Shown piece by piece: positions 32,901 to 40,000 of a stretch of DNA of 40,000 nucleotides. How positions within the stretch are numbered: the first letter of the stretch is position 1; the number at the start of each line of letters is the position of its first letter. Both the position numbers and the translations under genes were made by a program. Origin of the DNA: Halobellus captivus (GTDB taxonomy: Archaea; Halobacteriota; Halobacteria; Halobacteriales; Haloferacaceae); assembly GCF_007655485.1 (NCBI RefSeq), contig NZ_VJXQ01000001.1, positions 728,521 through 768,520 of the forward strand, written 5' to 3'. Under the pieces are notes generated by a model. It saw nothing but the letters and a program-made list of their open reading frames with translations, was not told the origin of the DNA and searched no databases.

Positions 32901-33713
32901 ATGACGCAATCGACCGGGAACGGGGGACGCGAGTACGACCCCGATACCGAACACAACTTCCCCGACGAACGGCTCAACGCCGTTCTCGACGAGATCACCA
33001 CGGACCCGGAGATCACGACATACCTGGACGCGCAGAACGTCAACGCCGTGGCGCGAAAGGGATACAACGATCACGGCGCCAAGCACATCGAAATCGTCCG
33101 CAATCGCGCGCTCTGTCTGTACGACCTCCTGAAGGGCGGCGGCGTGGCGTGCAACGGCGCGGTCGATCAGGGGCTCGAGGAGGCCGACGAAGCGGTGATC
33201 ATCGCCCTCGCCGCCACGCTGCACGACATCGGCCACGTTGTCCACCGCGACGATCACGTCTACTATTCGATCCCGCTCGCGGCCGATCTGCTGGATCGAC
33301 TCATCCCGCAGTTGGGGTTCTACGACACCGCGGAGGCGGTCCGCCTGAAGGCCGAGGTGTTGCACGCGATCCTCTGTCACCACACCGAGGAGGATCCGCT
33401 GACGACCGAGGCGGGGATCATCCGCGTCGCCGACGCGTTGGATATGGAACGCGGTCGGTCGCGTATCCCCTACGAGAAGGGCGGTCGTGGGATCAACACC
33501 CTGTCCAGTCGGGCGATCGAGAATGTCTCGCTGCGCGAGGGTAACGGCAAGGCCGTGCTCGTCGAGATAGAGATGGTCAACGCCGCGGGCGTCTATCAGG
33601 TCGACAACCTCCTGAAGGCGAAGCTGGACGGGTCCGGGCTCGAAGAACACGTCCGAATCGTGGCCGTAAACAAGCGCTCCGAGGATCAGTTGGTCGAGCG
33701 AATCGAACTCTGA
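32901..33713 (+). CDS. HD-domain phosphohydrolase
   Basis: 270 aa. It has H...HD metal-ligand motifs (GAKHIE, LHDIGHVVHRDDH, HHTEED and the RVADALD helix). Confidence 0.85.
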   Translation: MTQSTGNGGREYDPDTEHNFPDERLNAVLDEITTDPEITTYLDAQNVNAVARKGYNDHGAKHIEIVRNRALCLYDLLKGGGVACNGAVDQGLEEADEAVIIALAATLHDIGHVVHRDDHVYYSIPLAADLLDRLIPQLGFYDTAEAVRLKAEVLHAILCHHTEEDPLTTEAGIIRVADALDMERGRSRIPYEKGGRGINTLSSRAIENVSLREGNGKAVLVEIEMVNAAGVYQVDNLLKAKLDGSGLEEHVRIVAVNKRSEDQLVERIEL

Positions 33714-33716
33714 GTT

Positions 33717-33749
33717 GCGAGCGGTGTTGCGTCGCGAGCGGCGTTGCGT
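33717..33749. repeat. 16-bp tandem repeat (gcgagcggYgttgcgt) starting 4 nt after the HD-gene stop
   Basis: Units at 33717-33732 and 33734-33749, 15/16 identical, read directly. Confidence 0.85.
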
Positions 33750-33817
33750 TACGAATCGTGTCGTGCTGTGAAACGCAGTGAATCGCGGGCCGTTTTGTCC
33801 GAGGACGCTCCACCGGA

Positions 33818-34732
33818 TCAATCGTTCGCGGGCGAGACCTCTTCGAGACCGGCGACGGTGAGTTCGCCGGTGAGCGTGCGGTTCGGGTACGGGATATCGA
33901 TCCCCTCCTCGTCGAAGCGCCGCTTGACGGCCGTGACGTACTCGCCGCGCGTCTTCACGAAGTCCGCGCGACTCGGGTCAGAGATCCAGATGCGCGAGGT
34001 GAGCGTCACCGAGGAGTCGCCGAGTTCGGTCAGCCGGACCGACGGCGCGGGGTCTTCGAGAATGTCCTCGCGGGCCTCGGCTTCCTCGATGATGATCTCG
34101 GTCGCCTTCTCGGTGTCGTCGTCGTAGCCGATCCCGAACGGCACCTGCAGGCGGAGCTTATTCTTCGCGACGGGGTTCTTGATGACGCCGTCGGTCAGCG
34201 CCGAATTCGGGACGGTGAGCAGTTCGTTGTCGAACGTTCGGACGCGGGAGACGCGGAAGCTGATGTCCTCGACGATTCCCGAGTTTCCGTCCCACTGGAT
34301 CCAATCGCCGATCTTGAACGGCTTGTCGGTGTAGATGAAGATCCCGGCGACGAAGTTCTTCAGGACGTCCTGCATCGCGAAGCCGATCGCCAGCGTGGCC
34401 GCGGCGGCGATCGTCGCGAGCGACTGCAGGAAGTTGGGATAGCCCGCCGCACCGAACGCGGCCGTCACGCCCGCGAAGCCGACGACGATAACGAGGAGTC
34501 TCCGGAGCGGTGTCTGCGCGTGCGGTTCGAGGCCGCGGGAGTCCATCATCCGCCCCGCGATCGGAAGGAGCACGCTGCGGCCGACGATGAACACGACCGC
34601 GAACACGATGAGGAACGCGAGCGCCTGCCCGAGCAGGCTGGCGACCGCGTCCGGGAGACCGAAGCCACCGAGAAGTCGAGCGATCGAATCGTTGAGCCCG
34701 ATTCCGGCCTGCAGCGTCACCCCGGCGCTCAT
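33818..34732 (-). CDS. small-conductance mechanosensitive channel (MscS family)
   Basis: 304 aa with three N-terminal TM helices, then the conserved MscS beta-domain segment NFVAGIFIYTDKPFKIGDWIQWDGNSGIVEDISFRVSRVRTFDNELLTVPNS. Confidence 0.9.
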   Translation of the reverse strand: MSAGVTLQAGIGLNDSIARLLGGFGLPDAVASLLGQALAFLIVFAVVFIVGRSVLLPIAGRMMDSRGLEPHAQTPLRRLLVIVVGFAGVTAAFGAAGYPNFLQSLATIAAAATLAIGFAMQDVLKNFVAGIFIYTDKPFKIGDWIQWDGNSGIVEDISFRVSRVRTFDNELLTVPNSALTDGVIKNPVAKNKLRLQVPFGIGYDDDTEKATEIIIEEAEAREDILEDPAPSVRLTELGDSSVTLTSRIWISDPSRADFVKTRGEYVTAVKRRFDEEGIDIPYPNRTLTGELTVAGLEEVSPAND

Positions 34733-34977
34733 CGGTGCAGGACCCCCGTGTTCCCGCGCGTTTCGATCACCGTCGCGTTCGTGCGCTCGGCGAGATCCTC
34801 GGTGAGCTCCTCGGCGGTCGTGCCCCCGCGGGCCGCCCGGAGGAACTTGACTTTGATCAGGTCGCGCTCTTGCAGCTGATCAGACGCCTCCTCGACGACT
34901 GGATCGATACCCCCCTTCCCCACCCAGACAGTGACGTCCAGGTCGTGGGCCGCCTTTCGCAGCTCGTGGTCCGACAT
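34729..34977 (-). CDS. YhbY/CRS1 (CRM-domain) RNA-binding protein
   Basis: 82 aa. The segment LRKAAHDLDVTVWVGKGGIDPVVEEASDQLQERDLIKVKFL...VIETRGNTGVLHR fits the CRM/YhbY pattern. It overlaps the MscS start by 4 nt. Confidence 0.85.
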   Translation of the reverse strand: MSDHELRKAAHDLDVTVWVGKGGIDPVVEEASDQLQERDLIKVKFLRAARGGTTAEELTEDLAERTNATVIETRGNTGVLHR

Positions 34978-35037
34978 ACGCGTTCGCTAGGGTGGGAGAT
35001 GGTTTGAAACTTAAGACATCCGGACAGACGCTCGCGG

Positions 35038-35109
35038 AGATGACTCCGATCGGTCAGATGACTCCGATCGGTCAGACGACACTGATCGGCCAAACGACGA
35101 TAATCACTC
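35038..35109. repeat. four tandem 18-bp units, progressively degenerate
   Basis: agatgactccgatcggtc x2 (35038-35055 and 35056-35073, identical), then agacgacactgatcggcc and aaacgacgataatcactc. They lie between the rnp4 stop (35131) and the yhbY start (34977). Confidence 0.85.
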
Positions 35110-35130
35110 TCGGGGAGGACTTCAACCGCG

Positions 35131-35409
35131 CTAGTCGTACGGGTATCGCTTCGTCGCGCCGCAGCACAGACACCTGACGACGACGTGCCCCGACTGCAGC
35201 CGAACGCGCGCGGTCGCCCCCGGGCGGAGATACGCGTCGCACTCGTCGCAGGTGAACCGCCGGAACCGCCGCGGCAGTCGGACGCGGTTCCGTTCGCTGA
35301 CTCGGCGGGCGAGACGGACGTACTCGCGGGCGCGGTCGACGTCGCCTCCGGCCGTCGCCTCCCGAGCGAGGTCGTGCAGTCGCTCGATTCGCTCCGCCGG
35401 AATGCCCAT
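35131..35409 (-). CDS. rnp4: RNase P protein component 4 (Rpp21/Rpr2 family)
   Basis: 92 aa with an N-terminal helical region (AREYVRLARRVSERNRVRLPRRFRRFTC) and the zinc ribbon CDECDAYL...CLCCG. Confidence 0.88.
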   Translation of the reverse strand: MGIPAERIERLHDLAREATAGGDVDRAREYVRLARRVSERNRVRLPRRFRRFTCDECDAYLRPGATARVRLQSGHVVVRCLCCGATKRYPYD

Positions 35410-35520
35410 ACCGAGGCACCGAGTCCGGCGAGTAAAGGCGTTCCGAAGCGGCTGGGTGCCTCGAAGCAGAAGGACCGGAAGCGGTACACTCTAAGTCCGC
35501 CCCCGCGAACCGGTGACGAC

Positions 35521-36612
35521 GTGTCTCTCCGCGCGCTCAACTACCTCGAACTCGAATCCCGGCTGGAGCGTAGCGGCATCGGGACCGCGACGGACCAACA
35601 GCGGGCGGCTCTCGACCGAACCGACGTCGACGTCGTCACCTCGCCGTGGCGCGGCGGCGATCCGTTCTCGGGCGTTCGCTCGCTCGCGACCGGGAACGAC
35701 CTCTTCGAGGAGTACGACCTGGCTCATTGCAACCTCGTCGGTCCGGGATCGCTCGCCGTCGCGCGCCACGCCCGGCGCAACGACATCCCCTTGATCCTGC
35801 ACACCCACGTCACGCGCGAGGACTTCGCAGAGTCCTTCCGCGGGTCGACGACGGTCGCGCCCGCGCTGGGCCGCTATCTCAAGTGGTTCTACTCGCAGGC
35901 GGACCTCGTGCTGTGTCCCTCGGAATACACGAAGCGCGTGCTCGAATCGTACCCCGTCGACGCCCCGATCCGGTCGATGACGAACGGCGTCGACGTCGAG
36001 GCGTTAGAGGGATTCGAGGGCCTTCGCGAGGAGTACCGCGAGCGCTACGACCTGTCGGGAACGGTCGTCTTCCTCGTCGGCAACGTCTTCGAGCGGAAGG
36101 GGCTGACGACGTTCTGTCGCGTGGCCGAGGAGACGCCCTACGACTTCGCGTGGTTCGGCCCCTACGATACCGGGCCGCACGCCTCCAAGGCGGTCCGCAG
36201 GTGGACGTCGGACTCGCCCGAGAACGTCACCTTCACCGGCTGGATCGACGATATCCGCGGCGCGTACGGCGCGGGCGACGTTTACCTCTTCCCGACGAAA
36301 AACGAGAACCAGGGCATCGCCGTGCTCGAAGCGATGGCCTGCGGAAAGGCGGTCGTGCTCCGCGACATTCCCGTGTTCGAGGAGTTCTACACCGACGGTC
36401 ACGACTGCCTCAAGTGCGAGACGGACGAGGAGTTCCGCGCGGCCGTCGAGCGGCTCGCCGGGGACGACGCGCTCCGGGAACGCCTGGGCGAAAACGCCCG
36501 ACAGACCGCGATGGAGCACAGCTTAGATCGAGTGGGCGAGCGACTCGCGGCGACCTACCGCGAGGTTCGAGACGCCAAACGCGTCGGTCGCCCGGTCGAA
36601 CTGGGTGACTGA
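35521..36612 (+). CDS. GT4-family glycosyltransferase (GTG start)
   Basis: There is no in-frame ATG after the rnp4 overlap. GTG at 35521 gives (M)SLRALNYLELESRLERSGIGTA, a typical GT4 N-terminus. The C-terminal E-x7-E-type region is FPTKNENQGIAVLEAMACGKAVV. Confidence 0.82.
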   Translation: MSLRALNYLELESRLERSGIGTATDQQRAALDRTDVDVVTSPWRGGDPFSGVRSLATGNDLFEEYDLAHCNLVGPGSLAVARHARRNDIPLILHTHVTREDFAESFRGSTTVAPALGRYLKWFYSQADLVLCPSEYTKRVLESYPVDAPIRSMTNGVDVEALEGFEGLREEYRERYDLSGTVVFLVGNVFERKGLTTFCRVAEETPYDFAWFGPYDTGPHASKAVRRWTSDSPENVTFTGWIDDIRGAYGAGDVYLFPTKNENQGIAVLEAMACGKAVVLRDIPVFEEFYTDGHDCLKCETDEEFRAAVERLAGDDALRERLGENARQTAMEHSLDRVGERLAATYREVRDAKRVGRPVELGD

Positions 36613-36718
36613 GACGACGGCGACGACTGAGACGACCGCGTTCGCAACGACAGCGACTCCCGCGACGCGACTCCTCCAAGTCGCAACGATTTAAGCCCGC
36701 GTGCGTGAATCGCCGTCG

Positions 36719-37849
36719 ATGGCACCCGTCTCGGTCGCGGCGTTCACCGACACCTATCTCCCGACGGTCAACGGCGTCTCCTACACGATTCAGACGTGGC
36801 GCGACCGCTGGCGCGACCGCGGTGGGACGATGCGCGTCGTCTACCCCGGCTGCGACGAGTACGACCCGGCTCCCGAGGAGTACCCCATCAGGAGCCTTCC
36901 GTTTCCGATGTACGAGGGGTTCCGGCTCGGGACGCCGCGGATTCCCTCCGCCGCCCAGGACGTCGACGTCGTCCACGCGCACACACCCTTCGCGGTCGGG
37001 CTCGGCGGCGTCCGACTCGCGCGCCGGAAGGACCTGCCGCTCGTCACGTCGTACCACACACCGACCGCGGAGTACGCCGACTATCTCACGTCGCGACCGC
37101 GGATCGAGCACAGCATCGAGCGCCTGGCTGAGCGCTACGAGCGGTGGTTCCTCGCCCGCTCGGACGCGGTGATCTGTCCGAGCGAGGACGCCAGAAGCCG
37201 CGTCCGCGAAACGGTCGACACCGACACGCCCACAGTGGTGCTCTCGAACGGCGTCGACGTCGAGTTCTTCGCGCCGACCGATCCCGAACCGTTCCGCGAG
37301 CGCTACGAACTTCCGGACGGTCCGCTAATCGGCTACACCGGCCGCCACGGCTACGAGAAGAACCTCTCGGAGTTCCTGCGCGCGGCCGCGGGGATGGACG
37401 CGACGATCGTCGTCGGCGGCGACGGCCCCGCTCGCGATGAGCTCGAAACCCTGGCGGCCGAACTCGACGTCGACGCGCACTTCCTCGGCTTTCTCCCACG
37501 CGAAGAGTTACCCGCCTTCTACTCGCTGCTCGATGCCTTCGTTTTCCCGAGCCCGGTCGAAACGCAGGGCCTCGTCGCGCTCGAAGCCAACGCCTGCGGG
37601 ACGCCCGTCGTCGCGGTCGACGCGGGCGCGCTCTCGGACACGGTCGAGGAGGGCCTCACGGGCTATCACTACGACCACGGCAACGTCGCGGGCTGCCGGG
37701 CGGCGATCGAACGCGTCCTCGACGAGCGCGAGTCGCTTTCACGGACCTGTCTGGAACGTCGCGAGTCGCTGAGCGTCGAACACGCCGTCGATCAGCTCGC
37801 GGCGCTCTACGAACGGGTTATCGACGAAAACGGAAGCGAAAACGAGTAG
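36719..37849 (+). CDS. GT4-family glycosyltransferase
   Basis: MAPVSVAAFTDTYLPTVNGVSYT...VFPSPVETQGLVALEANACGTPVV. An alternative GTG start lies at 36701. It is a tandem paralog of the preceding gene. Confidence 0.88.
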   Translation: MAPVSVAAFTDTYLPTVNGVSYTIQTWRDRWRDRGGTMRVVYPGCDEYDPAPEEYPIRSLPFPMYEGFRLGTPRIPSAAQDVDVVHAHTPFAVGLGGVRLARRKDLPLVTSYHTPTAEYADYLTSRPRIEHSIERLAERYERWFLARSDAVICPSEDARSRVRETVDTDTPTVVLSNGVDVEFFAPTDPEPFRERYELPDGPLIGYTGRHGYEKNLSEFLRAAAGMDATIVVGGDGPARDELETLAAELDVDAHFLGFLPREELPAFYSLLDAFVFPSPVETQGLVALEANACGTPVVAVDAGALSDTVEEGLTGYHYDHGNVAGCRAAIERVLDERESLSRTCLERRESLSVEHAVDQLAALYERVIDENGSENE

Positions 37850-37862
37850 TTCGGCGATCCGC

Positions 37863-38312
37863 TCAGTCGTCGAGGTCTTCGACGGCCTGCGCGATGCGCT
37901 GAAGCTGTCGCGTCGCGTCGCGGACCTCGTCGCGGAGCTGTCGAACCTCGCGGACGAGTTCCTCGTTACCGCCAGACTCGCGCTCCTCGGGGCCGCCCAT
38001 TCCGCCGGGACCCCCGGGGCCGCCTCCCATTCCGGGCGGGCCGCCACCCATTCCGCCAGGACCGCCCCCGCCCATCATTCCGCTCATCATCTGCGCGAAC
38101 GGGTTGCCACCGCCGCCACCCATCCCGCCGGGGCCGCCCCCGCCCATCATCTCCTCGGGCTCGGGACGTTCGCCCTCTTCTCGCTCTTCGGCGCGTCGCT
38201 CGCGGATTTCCTCGACGCGCTCGCGGAACGACTTCTCCTCGGCCTCGGAGTCGTCCGCAGGTGATTGGTCTGCGTCGTTCTCGGCGGCGGAATCGTCTGG
38301 TTCTTCCGACAT
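37863..38312 (-). CDS. acidic protein with a central Gly/Met/Pro repeat tract (GGM-type low complexity) and a C-terminal coiled coil
   Basis: 149 aa from the Met at 38312 (MSEEPDDS...). The central tract is MMGGGGPGGMGGGGGNPFAQMMSGMMGGGGPGGMGGGPPGMGGGPGGPGGMGG, and the C-terminus is LVREVRQLRDEVRDATRQLQRIAQAVEDLDD. The track ORF starts 9 codons earlier. Confidence 0.7.
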   Translation of the reverse strand: MSEEPDDSAAENDADQSPADDSEAEEKSFRERVEEIRERRAEEREEGERPEPEEMMGGGGPGGMGGGGGNPFAQMMSGMMGGGGPGGMGGGPPGMGGGPGGPGGMGGPEERESGGNEELVREVRQLRDEVRDATRQLQRIAQAVEDLDD

Positions 38313-38378
38313 ACCTCCCGGTACAGGCTCGGCCCGCAAATGACTGTTGGTCGGCGAACGACAGTCCCTCGTGCCGAC

Positions 38379-38430
38379 CGAATTCGCGACTCTCGTTACG
38401 CCAGGATCGAATTCGCGACTCTCGTTACGC
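38379..38430. repeat. perfect 23-bp direct repeat (cgaattcgcgactctcgttacgc) at 38379-38401 and 38408-38430, spanning a stop codon
   Basis: Read directly. Copy 2 contains the last codons and the TAA stop (38425-27) of the PRC-barrel gene; copy 1 lies just downstream. Confidence 0.9.
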
Positions 38431-38742
38431 GAGGACCGAATCCTCGTCGCCCTCGCCGTTGGGCTGTGTCATCTGTTCGAGGACGTCGTGGAGGGTGACG
38501 TCATTGATGAGGATGACGTCGCCGACGGCGCGAACCCAGCGGTACGGCAGAATGACGCCGCGCTTGCCGCCGACGATGTCCGAAAAGAGTTCGTCGTTGA
38601 GTTGCGTGAGCGCGAGTCCGGTCACGGCCTGCCGCTCGGTGAGATCGAGTCGGACGTCGGCGACCTCGCCGACGAATACGCCCTCGTTCGAGTACACCTC
38701 GCGGCCGACGAGCGTCGTGATCTTCTGGGGGGTCTCGTCCAT
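38425..38742 (-). CDS. PRC-barrel domain protein
   Basis: 105 aa. The segment LVGREVYSNEGVFVGEVADVRLDL...GVILPYRWVRAVGDVILIN is the usual archaeal PRC-barrel pattern. Confidence 0.8.
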   Translation of the reverse strand: MDETPQKITTLVGREVYSNEGVFVGEVADVRLDLTERQAVTGLALTQLNDELFSDIVGGKRGVILPYRWVRAVGDVILINDVTLHDVLEQMTQPNGEGDEDSVLA

Positions 38743-38841
38743 ACTTCGTGATTGAGAGCGTCCATCTTAATTGTTCGCAGGACACGGTGGAAGCGAGAAG
38801 AACGCGGGTGACGGGAACGCGGATGAGTGTCGACATCTTAC

Positions 38842-39300
38842 TCACGCCGCGTCGAACTCTTCGGCGGTCACGCGGACGACGACAGTCTCCTCGACTTCGC
38901 GGAGGTCGTACTCGGGGACGGTCCCGTCCGGCCGACGCGTGACGTACATCGGTTCGACCAGCGCGCCGTCTTCGAGCCCGTAGATCGCGAGGCGCTCGCC
39001 GGTCTCTTGGGGTCGCACGTCGCCGTCGCGGATCGCCGTCGCGAGCGCGCGACTCAGCCACTCGTCGGTCGAGACGCTGGGCTCGCGGACCAAGGCGACG
39101 TCGGCGAAGCGGACGAGATACCAGTTCAGGTCGTTGCAGAGCGATACCGCCGATCCGAGGCTGACCGTATCGACCGCCAGCGAGTTCTCGAAGGGCGCGT
39201 ACCGGTCGTACGTCGACAGCGCTTCGCGCGCAGTCTCGCGGGAGAGCAGTTCGTACTGAACGTCGACGTCCGCCGACCCGACGAAGCAAACGCGAGTCAC
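38842..39300 (-). CDS. conserved hypothetical protein
   Basis: 152 aa, acidic, with coherent codon bias. I recognise no motif. Confidence 0.7.
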   Translation of the reverse strand: MTRVCFVGSADVDVQYELLSRETAREALSTYDRYAPFENSLAVDTVSLGSAVSLCNDLNWYLVRFADVALVREPSVSTDEWLSRALATAIRDGDVRPQETGERLAIYGLEDGALVEPMYVTRRPDGTVPEYDLREVEETVVVRVTAEEFDAA

Positions 39301-39454
39301 GATCGGAGGATCGAGACGTGACCGCGGCGTCGGTTGTCGGTCGGTGCGTGCGCGATGCGCGGCGAGAGAGCGATCATAGGGAGACGACCGCGCGGTGGCG
39401 CGGGTGCTGTCCCGCGGTTGCCGAGGAGACCATAAATCGGTTGCGGTGCGCCGC

Positions 39455-39504
39455 GTCAGTGATGACTACGGTGCGTCGCGTCCGTGATGACTACGGTGCA
39501 TCGC
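39455..39504. repeat. 25-bp tandem repeat (gtcMgtgatgactacggtgcRtcgc) x2
   Basis: Units at 39455-39479 and 39480-39504, 23/25 identical. They are intergenic, upstream of the 38842-39300 gene. Confidence 0.9.
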
Positions 39505-39580
39505 ATCTGTCGAGAACGTATTGATTCGACGGCGCGCAAGAAACGGCCGATAGAAACTCGCCGCCCCCGGTCTGAGGCAT

Positions 39581-39877
39581 TCAGTGGTTCGCGTCGGCGA
39601 CCTCGTCGGCGACTGTCGTCGTCTCGTCTAGCCACGCGTCGGCACAGCTCTCGTCACAAAATGCGAGCAACCGACGCTCGCGGGTCAGCTTCTCGCCCTC
39701 GGCGGGCGCGCGTTCGCGATCCAGTTCCACCTGGTAGTGCGCGTCCAGGAGATCGACGCTGTCGCCGCACATCGGGCACGTTTCAGTGGTCGAATTCCAG
39801 TCGCTGCACGGTACTACGTGTCTCACGGTCCACTCCGCATCCGACGTCGAGGGGGAGGGACGGCAGCTCTTTGACAT
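39581..39877 (-). CDS. small Cys4 zinc-ribbon / TRASH-like protein
   Basis: 98 aa with CPMC...FCDESCADAW. A TATA-like element (minus strand ATTTACATA, 39909-39901) sits at leaderless spacing from the ATG at 39877. Confidence 0.62.
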   Translation of the reverse strand: MSKSCRPSPSTSDAEWTVRHVVPCSDWNSTTETCPMCGDSVDLLDAHYQVELDRERAPAEGEKLTRERRLLAFCDESCADAWLDETTTVADEVADANH

Positions 39878-40000
39878 TGACAGAACGTACGTCCTCTAGG
39901 TATGTAAATCCATTTTTGCCCGGATTATCACACAGAAATCGAACAATAGTGAACGATGATTCGGCATTTGATACACATACACATAGAAATTGTGCTGTGC

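Noticed and set aside
1-40000. CRISPR arrays, transposases/IS elements, integrases, toxin-antitoxin pairs and other recognisable defence genes
   Set aside because: All tandem repeats seen have only 2-6 units of 16-27 bp and no repeat-spacer architecture. No ORF shows DDE/transposase, tyrosine-recombinase or Cas-like motifs that I can recognise by eye.

Overview
This window is high-GC haloarchaeal (class Halobacteria) chromosomal DNA. It has strong third-position G/C bias and acidic proteins, and the six-frame track is full of spurious Arg/Ala-rich antisense and off-frame ORFs. No searches were run; every call rests on motifs read by eye, gene context and hand translation. I call 41 protein genes, one tRNA-Arg(CCU) and a set of short intergenic tandem repeats. 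Most of the window is housekeeping: mre11 (runs off the left edge), a small wHTH regulator, the proteasome-activating nucleotidase PAN, an intein-free family-B DNA polymerase, sufCBD, a CetZ tubulin-like protein, a phosphodiesterase-family enzyme, a PolX-PHP polymerase with a Mut7-C nuclease, TatA, a peroxiredoxin, an HD hydrolase, MscS, YhbY, RNase P subunit Rpp21 and two GT4 glycosyltransferases. From memory, the pan / mre11 / polB / sufCBD order resembles the Haloferax volcanii chromosome; this is unverified. The stand-out is a roughly 10.2 kb minus-strand cluster (11520-21759) of eight overlapping genes. Its core is a PilB/FlaI/TadA-class ATPase with a roughly 240-290 aa Cys-containing N-terminal extension, followed by a PilC/FlaJ/TadC-like polytopic membrane protein. 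Around the core sit an acidic coiled-coil protein and five proteins that each start with a single N-terminal hydrophobic helix; one of these is about 1023 aa, and only one has a clear class-III signal. Three copies of the same leaderless promoter layout (GTTTATA exactly 31 nt before the start codon) precede the three gene blocks, and two of the copies match at 30 of 34 nt. The cluster is transcribed divergently from cetZ across a 73-bp spacer. Secondary items are a tRNA-Arg whose 3' end is copied twice nearby (att-like scars, no integrase in the window), a translationally coupled RGG-tail protein / PolX / Mut7-C module, a GGM-repeat protein, a 20-bp phased repeat array, and several tandem duplications sitting on gene 3' ends. 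No CRISPR array, transposase, integrase or rRNA was seen.
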